From: Lobosporangium transversale
Taxonomy: Eukaryota
Direction of reading: 5' to 3'
DNA: 64,000 nucleotides
NCBI RefSeq assembly: GCF_002105155.1
Contig: NW_019028995.1
Location: 1 to 64,000 of the forward strand
Below, one piece after another: positions 15,884-30,248 of the stretch; position 1 is the stretch's first letter, and each line of letters starts with the position of its first letter. The notes under the pieces are model-generated. The model saw nothing but the letters and a program-made list of their open reading frames with translations, was not told where the DNA came from and ran no database searches. The translations under genes and the position numbers were made by a program.

Positions 15884-17020
15884 GATGAATTATAATGTAG
15901 TGTTGGATGAGAGGAGAAAGATGGATGATGGGGATGTAGAGGGTCAAAGTATAAAAAGTAAAAAAAAAAAAAAGATGATGAAGATTAGACAGAAAAAGCT
16001 CAACACGAAAAAAAAATACATAAACAACTGAGTAGAGAAGGTTCGCGCTGTAGTTTATACGATCATATTGGATACCACACGTGCTATGTATTGCGCACGT
16101 GCAAAGTGCTGTGTGTGTAACCAGCGCATCGTCAAAGAACCATAGAAGACACGGGTGAAGATCGTAAAGTCCCGATACCGACTAGATCTTCGAGTGTTCT
16201 TTATCATCTTACTAACGAGGTCATGGGCTAGTCAGATGCTCTCCAATGTTACAGTTTTAACGCCACATACAAGTCGATACCTCTTTTCTTTTTTCTTTTC
16301 TTTGCGCTTTTCCAATCCTACAGCTTGTCTTTCTAGATATCAATGACACACATCAGGAGTATACAGCTACCTGGATATGTGGGTATCTCAGACATTGTGT
16401 CAGGATGCCGCCAGTGAATAGGCTTGGAAAGTCCAATCGATGGGACCTGAAAAATAGAAATATTGAGGTCAGGAACGAGACGTGAAGGGCACAAATAGTC
16501 TAAAAATGTAAAAATACTTTACCCACATGCACTTCACCATTCTTTCTTTACTCTGTCTCGCCTCTTTTCGACTACTTCTTCACTCTCTTTTTTCTTCCTC
16601 CCTGTAACCTGGTAAGGACATGCTATTAATAACCTAGAACTTTTGGTGTCACATCTGGGGAAGACTTTCAGGATCTTTTTTGAAATATGAACAAAATCAA
16701 TGTGAATTCTGACATGACCCTCAATTTCATTCAACATTTTCACCAAGCTATTGTAGTTGAATGAGATTCAGCATACATCATCAAACTAAAGAAAAAAAAA
16801 AAAAGACTTATTTCATACTACTCATGTCTGCTTTTGCATTAAGAGGCTGAATGGATATAACAGTAACGCTGATAGAATTCAGAGCTATGGGAAAATTTAC
16901 TCTTTTGCGATCAGTATCTAGCCTTTAGAATCACAAAGCTTGTGCTATATTATCCACCATTTATTAAATCCATCGATATTATACAAGCAATCACATTAGG
17001 CTCATATAAACCATTCAGCC

Positions 17021-17415
17021 ATGGTCTCGTCGATTATGTCGTCAAGCAGCTCGAACGAAGAATCCATTGAGCGTTACAAGCGCATCTTTAATCGGTTTGC
17101 GTCTGTTGAAAAGAATGGCGAAAAATTCATGACCAGCGATGATTTTGTCAACGCTATCGCCCCGGGCGAAGATTACAAGCGGTTGCAACGATCGCAATAT
17201 GCCGTCCTGTTCAATGTGGCAGATCAATCTAGACATGGTCTCCTATCTTTGTCAGATTTGTAAGTTTCTCGGCATCTTTATCAATGGCATCAGCGGACAC
17301 GTCATGATCAACCAAGAGAACTACTGCATTATTTAAAGGCTCAGAGTAAACAGGACCCTTCCATCGCTTATTAAGTTTGACATTAACCTGTCTTCGCATG
17401 AACACCAAGCAGCTA

Positions 17416-17447
<32 letters not shown>

Positions 17448-17729
17448 ACAACGGAGAAAGGAAACAGGAAACGAGCCAAACAACCTTGCATGTACGACAG
17501 AGCGTGTAGCAGCACCAGAAAGGCCTTCTTTTGTAACTTGAGAGAGCAAATCAAACTAAACTGTCTACGGTACTCACTGCAGTCGCGCTTGACAATGACG
17601 AACTGAGGGAAAAAGAGGAATAATAGCATTATGTGATGGAAATCATTGTCCGACTCTGTCATCATATCGTATATCCACTACTACTTTAACATGATGGTCA
17701 CTAAAACGACTTCTCACACGCTTTATCTT

Positions 17730-17762
<33 letters not shown>

Positions 17763-18818
17763 TGTTGTATTTGAAAACTTATTATCTCTACCGGATGCAG
17801 AATACGAAATCGCCTTTCGACTTTTTGATACTGCGGGTACCGGTGCCATCACACGAGATCAGTTCAAGCAAATCTTAACTGCCAATATTGGAAAGGATGC
17901 GATTCCTTTTGATTTCGATTGCGAATGGCTCCGGCTCTATGCAGGAAGCAAAGACAGCCCACATGATATGCCGTACAAGGAGTTTACGCAACTCTTAAAG
18001 GGCCTTCAAGCAGAACGTCTACGCCAGGAATTCCGATACTACGACAATGAAGAGACTGGCTATATCACACCCGATCAATTCAAGAAAGTGGTGATCGACA
18101 TCGCTGGCCACAAACTCTCAGAACATGTTCTCGATAACCTTCCAACCTTATGCAATCTTTACTCAGGGAACAAGGTGTCGTTTGCAAACGTCATGGCCTT
18201 TTACAATGTAATTCGTGAAATGGACATGGTTGAGCGCGTGGTCCGCAAGGCGATCGAGAATAGTAAAGACGGCACTATCACTAAAGCTGATTTTCTGAAT
18301 ACCGCCTCAAAAGAGACGCGCTTCTCACTGTTTACACCTATGGAAGCCGACATCATCTTTCATTTTGCAGGGCTAGAAAACCCTTCAGGCAAATTGACGC
18401 TCAGGGACTTTTTCCGCTTATTGGAGGCAAAATGGGAACACGCACTTCCTGTTACCCATCCTTCCATCCCAGAACCTAAACACGGCGCTATTCACGAAAT
18501 CCTTCTAGGCTCTTGTATGTGTTAACTTCGTTATTGCTATTCAAGAACCATATCTTGACTTACTTTGTCCATCAGGTCCTTAACTTATTTTATTTTGTTA
18601 CTCTAATTCTAGATGCATTTTTGCTTGGATCTATCAGTGGTGCTGTAGGGGCAACCGTGGTTTACCCCATCGATCTCGTAAAAACACGAATGCAGAACCA
18701 GCGATCTAAGGTTGTTGGCGAACTTTTGTATAAGAACAGTATTGATTGCTTCAAGAAAGTCATCAAAAATGAAGGCGTTCTGGGATTGTACCGTGGTCTT
18801 GGGCCACAATTAGTTGTA

Positions 18819-18860
<42 letters not shown>

Positions 18861-19745
18861 AATCATGAATAAGCCGGATTTCGTCTCATTACTCGCATTT
18901 TTTTGGATTATTGAAAATTATAGGGTGTGGCTCCAGAAAAGGCCATTAAGCTTACAATGAACGATCTTGTGCGAAAATTTCTTTCAGACAAGGATGGAAA
19001 GATTTCATTTACGGATGAGCTGATTGCTGGAGGTGTTGCAGGAGGTTCACAAGTGGTGTTCACAAATCCGTTGGAGATTGTCAAAATCCGTCTGCAGGTT
19101 GCAGGTGAGATGGTTAAGTCTATGGATCTTGGTACCCCTCGACCTGGTGCCATCACCATTGTACGAACACTAGGCCTTGTAGGACTTTACAAAGGCGCCA
19201 GCGCTTGCTTGCTCCGTGACATTCCTTTCTCTGCAATTTATTTCCCCGTGTATGCTCACTTGAAGAAAGACGTCTTCAAAGAAGGGCCTGATCACCGTCT
19301 GTCAATTGGAGAGTTGTTAACATCAGGCGCTGTTGCTGGTATGCCTGCTGCTTACTTCACAACGCCAGCGGATGTCATCAAAACGCGCTTGCAAGTCGAG
19401 GCCAAGAAGGGCCAAAGCACATACAATGGTATAATGGATGCAGCGCGCAAGATTTTCAGAGAAGAAGGCTTCCGTGCTTTCTTTAAAGGAGGGCCTGCAC
19501 GAATCTTTCGCTCGTCACCTCAGTTTGGTACCACCTTGATGGTCTATGAAGTCCTTCAACGTGCATTCCCCTTTGGTGGAGAGAAGGAGGCGACACAGCA
19601 AGCTCTGACGCGGGTTGACTCTACGCATCCGGATGACCTGAGCTACTTGCAATCCAAGAACGCGCTTAAAATCCTTCTAGACGTTCACTACAAGTTTGGA
19701 ATAGTACCCCCTAACACCAAAATTGCTGGTGCAACTAGTTCATAA
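17021..19745 (+). CDS. AGC1: Calcium-binding mitochondrial aspartate/glutamate carrier (aralar/citrin-like)
   Basis: N-terminal EF-hand-like repeats ([14 protein letters not shown]) and three mitochondrial-carrier motifs [30 protein letters not shown]. Start codon uncertain. Confidence 0.93.
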
Positions 19746-19837
19746 AATACTTTTCACTCTTAAAAAAAAAGACACACCTGAAAAGCTTTTCAATCAAAAG
19801 GCAACGAGGCATGGACTTTATCCATCTACACAAACGG

Positions 19838-19879
<42 letters not shown>

Positions 19880-21049
19880 GTGTCATAGACCTATTCTACG
19901 TATACAAACTTATGCATTGCTTTCATGTCTGATTGGATTCGCGTACATGTCTTTTATTACTAATGGGGAAATACAAACTAGAATAAACCTCTACTATTTT
20001 CTTTCGCCCTCTAAGCAGCTTCCGGACTACTCTTATGCATACCCTTCACGAGATCTCTGATGCAAGCATTGTCTTTTGCTTCAACGATGGCTTCTTCTAG
20101 TTTGCCCAAGACTGCATCATAAGCATTAGTATTATTTTCCACGGAAGCGGCAAGACGCTTTGTTAGTGCTGCAATTGCTGCAAACTTGCGTTTCCTGGAT
20201 ATCATTGCCTGATCTTCCGAAGGAACAGCACTCGGAGGCATGAGCACACTTCCCGGATCACTCATGTATGCGATGGACGGTTTGCCGCTTGAAGACTTTC
20301 GTTGGACGGCAGCGATCTGATATACCCATGAATGGACAATACATTGAGGTCTATATTGTGCTGCATCCTCTCAGCGTCCGACTAGTCGCAGGCACGCTTT
20401 TGGGCATTATGGGTCTGTGGGAGTTGGATCTTGAGCGAATCTCTTGCATTTATAATAGGGGTTTCAAACTTAGACATTTTTTGGTTATTTGAGGGAAGCA
20501 CATTTGTTTGAAACGTTCATCTATACATTCGAAATAGGTCAGCCTTCTGACAGGTGCATTTCAAATGTACTATAAAAATGAAATGGTGTATCGCGCTTTG
20601 GAGTATTTGCGTGATTGTCGTTTATGAAATGTGAAACCCCAAATGAAATGAGACTATTTTGGAAGCCATTGTTTCATTTCCTTCTCTCTGTGATCCTCTG
20701 AAAACGAAGCATATTTCTGTACTAGGCTTTGAATTAGACTTCTTTTTTTTTCATACCAGAGCACTTCGTTTCCATTACCCCAAAACGAGCCCATGCCATC
20801 CGATTAGCAAAGGCATCATGCTCGCGTCGTGGTTGTCAAAAAAAAAGTGCTTACGAATGTACTTTAGGAAGGCTTCGGCGCGTGATATCAGTGATGTTCG
20901 TTAAAGTTGCTCATGTGATTGTCATGCTTGTGGTTTCATTTTTCTAGGCCATGTGTGATGTTTGTCTTGTCTGTGGTTTTATTTATTCTCATAATGTTTC
21001 AACTGCTGCCCGTTTAAAGCACGCTCGTGATAAAGAAGTTCATGACAGG

Positions 21050-21111
21050 GTGAATATTGCGCAGTACCGCATAGTGAATATTGCGCAGTACCGCATAGTG
21101 AATATTGCGCA
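21050..21111. repeat. 24-bp tandem repeat, ~2.6 copies (GTGAATATTGCGCAGTACCGCATA)
   Basis: Exact units start at 21050 and 21074, with a partial unit at 21098. Confidence 0.95.
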
Positions 21112-21320
21112 CGCAGTAAACCTTCAACAACAATGATTGATGTTTGTCCTGCCCGTAGTTCTACTCCTTTTAGATTTGTTATGAGATTAGTGGTTGACCT
21201 CTGGTGGACGTATTGAATTATTACACACCTTTCTGACGTAATAAATAATAATTAGGTTTATAACAAAAAAAAATTTCTCTGATGCAACTCTTTGTTGACA
21301 TTTTAATTCCACTTAACGCC

Positions 21321-21845
21321 ATGGGTCATCTCATTACAGTTGCAACATGCTCGCTCAACCAGTGGGCTCTGGACTTCAAAGGAAACGTTGCTAGGATACT
21401 TGAAAGTATCCGGGTAGCAAAGGAGCGTGGCGCCACACTACGTATCGGCCCAGAGCTGGAGATCACGTAAGATATAAAGAAGAGTTAAGAAGTCGCGAAA
21501 AAAAAAAAAAAAAAAAAAAAAAAAAGGTGTAGGAAGAGAATGGAATTTGATCTCTTTGATCGAAATTAGGAGACTTAACTCTGTATCTTCTCTATCGATC
21601 GACATGGCGAAAATAGTGGGTACGGGTGTGCAGATCACTTCTTAGAAGGTAGGAATACAGGGATCAGATCGTGTATAAAAGCTGACAAGTAGTATGATCG
21701 GACGAAAGCTCACTAATTGCTTGGTATTTTCTAGGGGACACATATTTGCATTCATGGGAAGCCCTTGGTCAGATCTTGAGCTCTAAAGAAGCGAAAGAGA
21801 TACTCTTGGATATCGGCATGTAAGGGTCGCGAACTCATCATTTCA

Positions 21846-21886
<41 letters not shown>

Positions 21887-21942
21887 ATAGCAACATTCAC
21901 ATGAGAAGCAAGAAGTTGGACTATACATTAATTAGTAATCTG

Positions 21943-21976
<34 letters not shown>

Positions 21977-24619
21977 TATTATATTCCGTATCAGGCCAGT
22001 TATTCATAAGAATGTAAAGTACAATTGCAGGATTCTCATCTTTAACTGTAAAATTCTGCTGATCAGACCCAAGATGTTTATGGCAAACGATGGAAACTAC
22101 CGAGAGTTACGCTGGTTTACACCTTGGGCCAAACGCCACATCACTGAAGAGCACTATCTGCCTCGAATGATCCAAAAGATTACTGGCCAAGTCACCGTTC
22201 CAATGGGTGATGCTGTCATCGCAACGTACGATTCGTGTATTGGCGTAGAAGTGTGCGAGGAGATGTTCACCCCTAATAGGTATAATTTTTGATTGAAAAG
22301 TATAAGGTTGGAATGCACATTGCTTTTTTACAACACAGATAGGCTGACTCCAAAATCCTCGGATTTTAATAGCCCTCATATTGGACTCTCTCTGGATGGA
22401 GTCGAGATCATCATCAATAGTAGTAGCAGTCATCATGAGCTGCGTAAGCTACGTAGACGCATCGATCTTATTAGAGAAGCTACTTTAAAGGTATAGAAAA
22501 TGACAGTGTACACATGAACATGCGATCACTGGCGCCGTTAAATTTATTGATTACTAAAATGCCTTTTATTCATTAGTGTGGAGGGATTTACCTGTATTCT
22601 AACCAACGGGGATGTGATGGTGACCGTATCTATTATGACGGATGTGCTATGATCATCGTCAATGGAGAAGTAGTTGCTCAAGGAACTCAGTTCTCAATTG
22701 GAGATGTAGAAGTCGTTACAGCTACAATTGATCTAGAGGATGTGCGCACCTTCAGATCCAGCTCTAGTAGGGGGATCCAAGCCTCCACCACCCCTAGCTT
22801 TAAGAGAATCGGAGCTAATATGGCATTATCCGACGGGCATCTTGAGGGTAACCCTGCCATTCAACCAACCACTGTTAAAACTATCTTTTATCACACTCCC
22901 GAAGAAGAGATTAGGTAAGTGATATGGCATAAAATTTACATGCAGAATATCGTTTGAGCCTTATTTTCCCTTAGACTAACAGCTTTTATTAATATATTAC
23001 CTTCTTCTGTAATAGCTTGGGCCCTGCCTGTTGGTTATGGGATTATCTTCGCCGTTCCAAGGCCAGTGGGTTTTTCCTTCCGCTTAGTGGAGGCATCGAC
23101 AGCTGTGCGACAGCTACTATTGTTGCATCCATGTGTCGCCTTGTTGTCAAGTCGTGCGCCAAAGGAGATCAACAAACGATTGCGGACGCAAGGCAGGTGA
23201 CTGGGGAAAGTGCTGAGCACGGTTACATCCCCAAAGATCCTCAGGAGTTTGCAAGGTAAATATAAACGATTGAACTAGTGATTTCATCCTACCTTTTGAA
23301 AACTTTAACTTATCTCATTTTATTTATTTATTTATTTTTCCCTTTTTTAGTCGTATCTTCCATACTTGCTATATGGGAACGAAGAACTCATCCGATGAGA
23401 CCAGAAAAAGAGCTAAACAGCTGGCTGAAACCATTGGGAGGTAATCATTCCCTGACTTTACTACTTTTCGATAAATGAATAATAATAATTTGAGACGAAC
23501 TAAAAACGGATTATACTCTTTTGCCAAACAGCTACCATATAGATCTTAACATGGACACTGTCGTCACAGCGCTTCAGGTTCTCTTTACTCTAGTGACAGG
23601 CAAAACTCCTGCTTTCCGTGCACACGGTGGATCAAATGTCGAGAATCTAGCCCTGCAGAACATCCAGGCAAGAATCCGCATGGTCCTCGCCTATCTATTG
23701 GCACAGCTGTTACCGTGGGTTCGTGGTCGCAATGGATCCTTACTTGTACTTGGAAGTGCAAATGTGGATGAATGGTACAGTGAAACTGAAGAAAATCAGA
23801 GCAGAAAAGGACGAAAAAACGTCATAAAGATTAAGACAAGTTTTCTGCTCACTGCTGCTAACCAAATATTTATGGTATCTGTGGGTTTGGCTCCTAGCTT
23901 ACGAGGTTACTTCACCAAATACGATTGCTCTAGTGCAGACATCAATCCCGTCGGTGGTATTGGCAAATCAGACTTGCGTCGGTTTATTGCCTATGCTGAA
24001 CTGGCTTTCGAGATGCCCATTCTTGCAGAGTAAAAATTTCTTAAGTTGATGCAAAACCAATGTTCTATTTACAGCATCTCAACTCACATAGATTTTTTTT
24101 TTTCCTCAGTTTCTTGGCTGCAACCCCTACTGCAGAGCTAGAACCAATTACAGAGACTTATGCCCAGGAGGATGAAGCTGACATGGGTATGACTTATGAT
24201 GAATTAACGGAATTTGGTCGTCTGCGCAAGGTGGACAAATGTGGACCATACAGTATGTTTACGAAGTTGGTGCATCTTTGGAACGATAAGATGGAAGTTG
24301 CCGAGGTATTACTTCTAGTGGCGGCCTTAATTTAACCTTCCTTGTTGGTATTTTATCTGATACTGAATTTACTAAATCTGGCCCTTTTTCTTCATCGAAT
24401 CAGGTTGCAGCCAAAGTCAAGCGCTTTTTCTTCTACTATTCAATCAACCGCCATAAAATGACAACATTGACCCCAGCATACCATGCAGAGTCTTATAGCC
24501 CAGATGATAACCGATTCGATCTACGACCATTCCTATATAACACTTCATGGTCATGGCAATTTGATACGATTGACAAGACAGTTCGGGCGTTTGAACGAGA
24601 AAACAATTTAAAAAAGTAA
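21321..24619 (+). CDS. QNS1: Glutamine-dependent NAD+ synthetase, multi-exon
   Basis: [97 protein letters not shown]; stop 24617-24619. Confidence 0.97.
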
Positions 24620-24853
24620 CAAATGGAATCATTCCATAATGTCTAGATGTTTAGAATGATTCATGCCTATTGAGTCTCAATAATAGATGTGATATCTATA
24701 TCAGAGGTAAACCCACTCTTTTATGCTGTCTCGAGTTGGTTACGGATGGGTATGATGAAACAATAGCAAGTATAGAAAACTGCTACAATAAAACAATAAA
24801 ACAAAAAGCTATAACTCTAAGTTGGTGTAAAGAATAAAACGCATACGAGCGTT

Positions 24854-26351
24854 TTACTTTGGCGGTGGTGTAGGAGGTAGCGGTGGAAGTTCTGTCAGCT
24901 GTGGAGAGTGAGCAGAAGAAGGAGAAACGGAGTGCTGTGGCAAAAGGGGTAATGGGCGCTGAGAAACGGATTCCAACGTTTCCTTCCCAGCTGTGGTATT
25001 TATCATGGGAGTCGAGTTACGACCGTCAGATGTCAGTTCTTCTTCATGACTTGATTCTGTCGACGATCTGGGCTCATTTGATCCAATCGAATTGCACTTC
25101 CTCCCAGTGATCTTTGATGGGAGTGAAGACAAATTTGATGCAACTGCTGATGCTGTAGCTGCAGCAACGTGAGCCAGATAGCCGCTCACGCCGATAGGCT
25201 CGATAGATACTTTGATGAACAATGTGCTATACAAATAAGGATCCCCTGAAGGGTCATGAAGCTGGATATGGCGGTAACCTTCTTGCAGGCAGTCCAATGA
25301 GATGCAATAAGACGCAATCAAATCAGAAAATTTGATGTCTTCATCTTGAACCACAAAGCGAAAGAATACAAGCTCATGATGCTCGTAATCGACACGGAAC
25401 TTGAAGGTTTCTTGCCATACAGGATTGAAGCCATTATCACTCACATGACGTGTCTTGTACTTGACAGTTGGTTGCCCAGGGACTAATAGCTCTACCTCGC
25501 ACAGAGGATCAATCACATCACCTGACTGTGCTTCATTAGGTCTTGGTAGTTGCTGAGCGGAGATCACCTAGATATTGCACAATGTATATCAGAAAAGACT
25601 GTTGCTACGAGATCAAATAGGGTGAACAACGCTCGCAGGAAAATACAAGGATTAAAGTTTACCTCCAGTGTAATTTCAACTGGATGTGACTTGACAAAGG
25701 TTGGGGCTTTATCGTGATTACAAATCTCTCCTGGACCAAGACGTAGTGGTGACGGCTTCAAAACATAACCGCAATGTCCATTCATAGTAAACATGGCGCT
25801 ATTCATCTGCATTCCTCGGTCTTATAATAATATATGCGCAAACACAGTATATCCATACAAAAAAAAAAGAAAGAAGGAAAAAAAAATTAGATTGAAAAAC
25901 CATAGAGTATATAATTTCTGAATATCTAACTTGATTAATAACTTACCATGGTTCTGATAATTCAATGCCACAACTTGAGCACCAGCAGCCCAGTGATGAT
26001 GAGGGTCATAGTTTGTAGAATTGATCCTGAAGCCTGCTGGATAAACACGTGTCAAATGGGTCTTATTCATGTTGATATATTCCTGCAGTGACTGTTTGCA
26101 ATGGCGCAAAGAGACCCGTTCTGAAAAGGATATGATCTTGAAAGGTGAACATCCTTCGTGTGTAAAGCCAGGGAAATGACGAGATTGACAATAAATCGAG
26201 ATTTCGCTCAGTGCCTTAGCGATTCGGACCTTTTTCGTCTTTGTCTTTTTTTGCTTCACACCATCAGAGTCGCTCTCACTCTCTATTAAGAATATTACAC
26301 AAATGAACTCAAATTAGACCTGGTATCTTTAAATGAGTTATATTCAACGCT

Positions 26352-26392
<41 letters not shown>

Positions 26393-29114
26393 AAACAAAC
26401 CTCGGTCAGACTCAGATTCTGTGTCAGTAGAGTATTCTTGGGTGATCGCATCTGGGGGCAGGACTTTGCTCTTTACAAGAATCTTAAATTTGAGCTCATC
26501 AGGACTCGGAAGGTTGACACCATTTGAATCTAGAGGTGCAACCACCAGCCAGCTTCCTAACTTAGTCTTCATGATGTTCGCCATTATATCTTGCTGTTCT
26601 AGATCGCAGTGGAGCTCAAGCGATAGAATTAGCGGATAAGGTGAATTGACGAAAGCATATGTTGAGATAGCTTCAATGACATCTCGAAATAGAATTTTTG
26701 AAGTGCTAATTTCAGCAACAAAATATAAATATTCTTGTGAGCCAACTTTCATAAAATCAGCAGAAAATACAAAATATGAGCCATTAGCCTTGTAAACATA
26801 CAGTGTGCGGCCATGATAAATAACAGGCTGACCATCTGAACCATCCCAACAGTCCACTATTTATAAAAAAAATATAAAATATAAAATATAAAATAAAAAA
26901 AAATTAGTAGAATCGCTTAGATTCAGCAAGTAAACCGCTGCTTTATCTCGCTCCCTTTTTTTACTCATCCCTCTCAATATTCCTTACATTCGACACAACG
27001 ACATCCGCTCTGTAAAGCCCTAATATAGCCTTCGATAGATGAAACTCCAGTTAATTGATGACCTAGTAAATATGTGTTATGAGAACTGCTGATATAATAA
27101 CTCGATAGGGTCTGAGACATGTCTTGATGGACCTGAGCATGCTTGGGTGCAATGACAGGGTTGTCAGCTGAGACCAAAAAACTCGACAGTGAATCGACCG
27201 TGAACTTCTCAAGCGTCTTGTCAACGTGCTTTCCATAAATTTCTTTGATCTCATCTTCATTTAAATGGGATTTTTGGGTGTTGATAATGAAGTTGGTGAA
27301 CTCATCGAGTGCCATTGAATCACTCTTGGTAATCGAGTTGAACAATGCACTGATCTCTCTGCGTTCTTTCAAGAGCTTTACAAAATGTGTGAAATCTGCA
27401 AAGTCCAGGTAGCCTTTCTTCTTTTCGTCCGCCTGATCAAAACGTACGCGAATTTCTTTTCTCGAAAAGTTAACATTTAGGCGGTGACACAGGCGAACGA
27501 TCTCCTCATATCCCAGCTTCGAATCTACATTTTTATCTGCGTCCATCCAGTGTTCTTTCAGCCACTGGTTAGTCTTTCGCTGTAACTGTGGAAGACCCTC
27601 TGTGACCTCGCGCTTGACTGACCACATCCGCTCGACGGCCATAATCCAGTCTTCGTATGTGTCCTTTGTGGGTGCAACTAAATGCAAAGCCTTATACTTC
27701 CCCATGGCAGAATAGATAATGGTCAGCCAGCGCTCCTCGTGTTCTGGTTGGACTCGCAATTGCTCGCGATACATTCGGGCCGCCTTTCCTTTTCGAAGCT
27801 CTTTAATTTGCTCTACATTGACTATTTGATGAACAAACAAAAATGATACATAGATCGATGGTGAGAGATCCGACAATGAATAATAATAAAAATACACACT
27901 TCCTTATTTGATCTCGTTAGGCAATGACAAGAATACTTACTACGCCCAAATTTCCTCGAATCCCACAAAATCCTGCCTTGCTCAATATCCAGCTTGAACA
28001 GACGTGAGTGTTGCTTCTTGGCTGAAATTTTGAGCATTTTGGTTCCAGTAGTAGCGAGCTGTCTAACAGTAGCTAACGTGGAGGCAGAGTCACTTGAGGT
28101 AACTTTGGTAACCTCCTCCCTCTTTGGCTCGTGAGTATGCGGAAGCGATGGCTTTTGGCTAGAGGTAGAAATAGAAACACAACTCGAGTTTCCATGACTA
28201 CCATTAGCAGCAGCTGCTGCAAGAGAATCTACAGATGTACTGCTATCTGCAGTGACTTCAGAGGCAACCTTGCGATGAAGAGATTGCGAGTTGGATTGTG
28301 GTTCAATATAGTTCATATTTGAAACAGAGGTTGTGGTAGTGGCGCTTGCCACACTTGATCGTGAGAATTGACGATCCAAAGAAGGACGCCCTATTGATGC
28401 AGTGTTGATCGGTGGTGTGGTCGCCATGTTAGTCTGTAGATCCTTAAATGATGCATCAGAACCCGTGGACGTCCGACGATGAGTCCTGAGGAAGTGTTCT
28501 TGTGAACGATTTGCAGCAGATGATGCACCGCCTCTAGGCCATTGGACCACCGATGAGTCCTGGTTCATCGAACTTAGAGAAGAAGGTTGACCTGCTTGAT
28601 CAGGCGAGCCCTTGTGAAGACTAGTAGGGCGGGGTATTCTGGCCGATGCTGACTTTGCGATTGTTACCGGCAAAGTTGAAGAGAAGATGATGATATCTTC
28701 ATCTCGCCCTTGGTGAGTGCTCTCATTTGAGATTTTAGACTCCTGAAAGCTTGAAGTGCGCCGAATAAAGAGTGATTTTGGGGTCGAAGCTAGAGCCAAT
28801 TCGGCACTATCCGCTGTATTCGAGCCTTGACTTGGCTCGGGCACTTTATTAAGCTCTTCAGGTTGCACAAACGTTGGAAGATAAGCGCCATCCTTTGGAG
28901 GCGGAAGTGGCAAAACCTCTGAAGATGGAGGCGATGACTGTTTATAGATCGAATTGCGGAAGCGGGCAGGAAGAGTGTTACGATAGGAGTTTTTTGATTT
29001 AAGGCCTGCTTCCTTCTTACCCAAAGAGCTGGCAGGCCGAAGCTGAGGCGAGGACTGAGAGTTTGGAGAATCCTCGCCCCAGTTAGAGATAGCCCGTTTA
29101 ATCTTGTTAAACAT
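24854..29114 (-). CDS. PLC1: Phosphoinositide-specific phospholipase C (PH, EF, X, Y, C2 domains), multi-exon
   Basis: YYISSSHNTYL, GCRCVELDCWDG, SLELHC, TRVYPAGFRINSTNYDP, VALNYQ, C2 domain NGFNPVWQETF; long Ser-rich N-terminus. Confidence 0.95.
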
Positions 29115-29379
29115 TCCGAGGCAAGACGGATGCTGATAGCTGTTACAATGGATTTCTTTCTATATACAGGGCTGAATTGTTTGGTAAAACCAAAAGAATA
29201 AGAGACTAAGATCTAAATGAAAGGAACAGATAACAGAAAGAGAATTGAGTAAAGTGCTGTTGCAGTGGAAAATGATGCAATCAACATTTCCAGTGCTAGG
29301 ATGTGGATGCATTTGTTGTAGTGTTAGTTTTAAGATGTGTGAAATGTCCCTACCTGTGTGCTGTGCTCTGCCTGTGCGC

Positions 29380-29450
29380 GCGTGTTCTGTATTCTGTGTT
29401 TTGTGTTCTGTGTTCTGTGTTCTGTGTATTCCGTGTGTTCTGTACTCTGT
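29380..29450. repeat. Degenerate (TGTTCTG)n minisatellite upstream of PLC1
   Basis: ...gtgttctgtattctgtgttttgtgttctgtgttctgtgttctgtgtattccgtgtgttctgt... Confidence 0.8.
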
Positions 29451-30248
29451 CAAGGTCTGTGGATGTGGATGAAAAAGCTTATGTGGACGCGTCCTTTTTT
29501 TAATTCTTAGAACTACGGCAATAAAGCAAGGAGGTCGTTAGAATGAAAGTGAAAGCAGTCGAGCTGCAAGCAAGGAGGATGAAAACAAAGTAAATGAATG
29601 GGAAGAAAGGAAAAACAATGGGCAAATGGAATAAAGAAAGGAGACAAAAAAAGCTCACAAAAGGCGCACCGGCTGGTCAATAGCAAGCCGTAGATCCACA
29701 AGTCAGAACTCCAAAACTTTTTGTTTCCCTCATTTTTCATTTTTCACCTACAGTATTTGGGCACGATTCCAACAGCATGCTGGATTGATTGACATTCATG
29801 TATCCATAACATTCAAAACCTTCAGCAATAACAACAAAAACAACCCTGGGTCATCAAATAACAAATGAATATATTACTACGGCTCTATTGCTACATTTGC
29901 CATCTAAAGATATCTCAACCTCGCAGAGCAATTTTTTTTCATAACAATGCGCCTAGACCAAGATAAAACAAAGTAAAGTCATCAACGAGCTCTTGTTGCC
30001 TCTTGATTCTATGTCTTATGTGACTTTTCTCTCTTTTTCCTGCCATGTCTTTTTGTGTCAATGATGCGAGAAATGAGAGGTTTAAGGTGAGGACGGAAAA
30101 ATGAGATAAATCTATTAATATTGTACAAGGTAAACACAGCCTCCGAATGGTTTAAGTCACGTGGGAGGTGGCGCATTGTTTTGTAGTTCAGCATAAAAAA
30201 AAAAACTCCCACTTCTCATTTGCTACAGTCCTCTCACACTATCACATA

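Noticed and set aside
21050..21111. 24-bp repeat as a CRISPR-like or guide array
   Set aside because: Units are head-to-tail without unique spacers, only ~2.6 copies, and 22 kb from the Fanzor genes.
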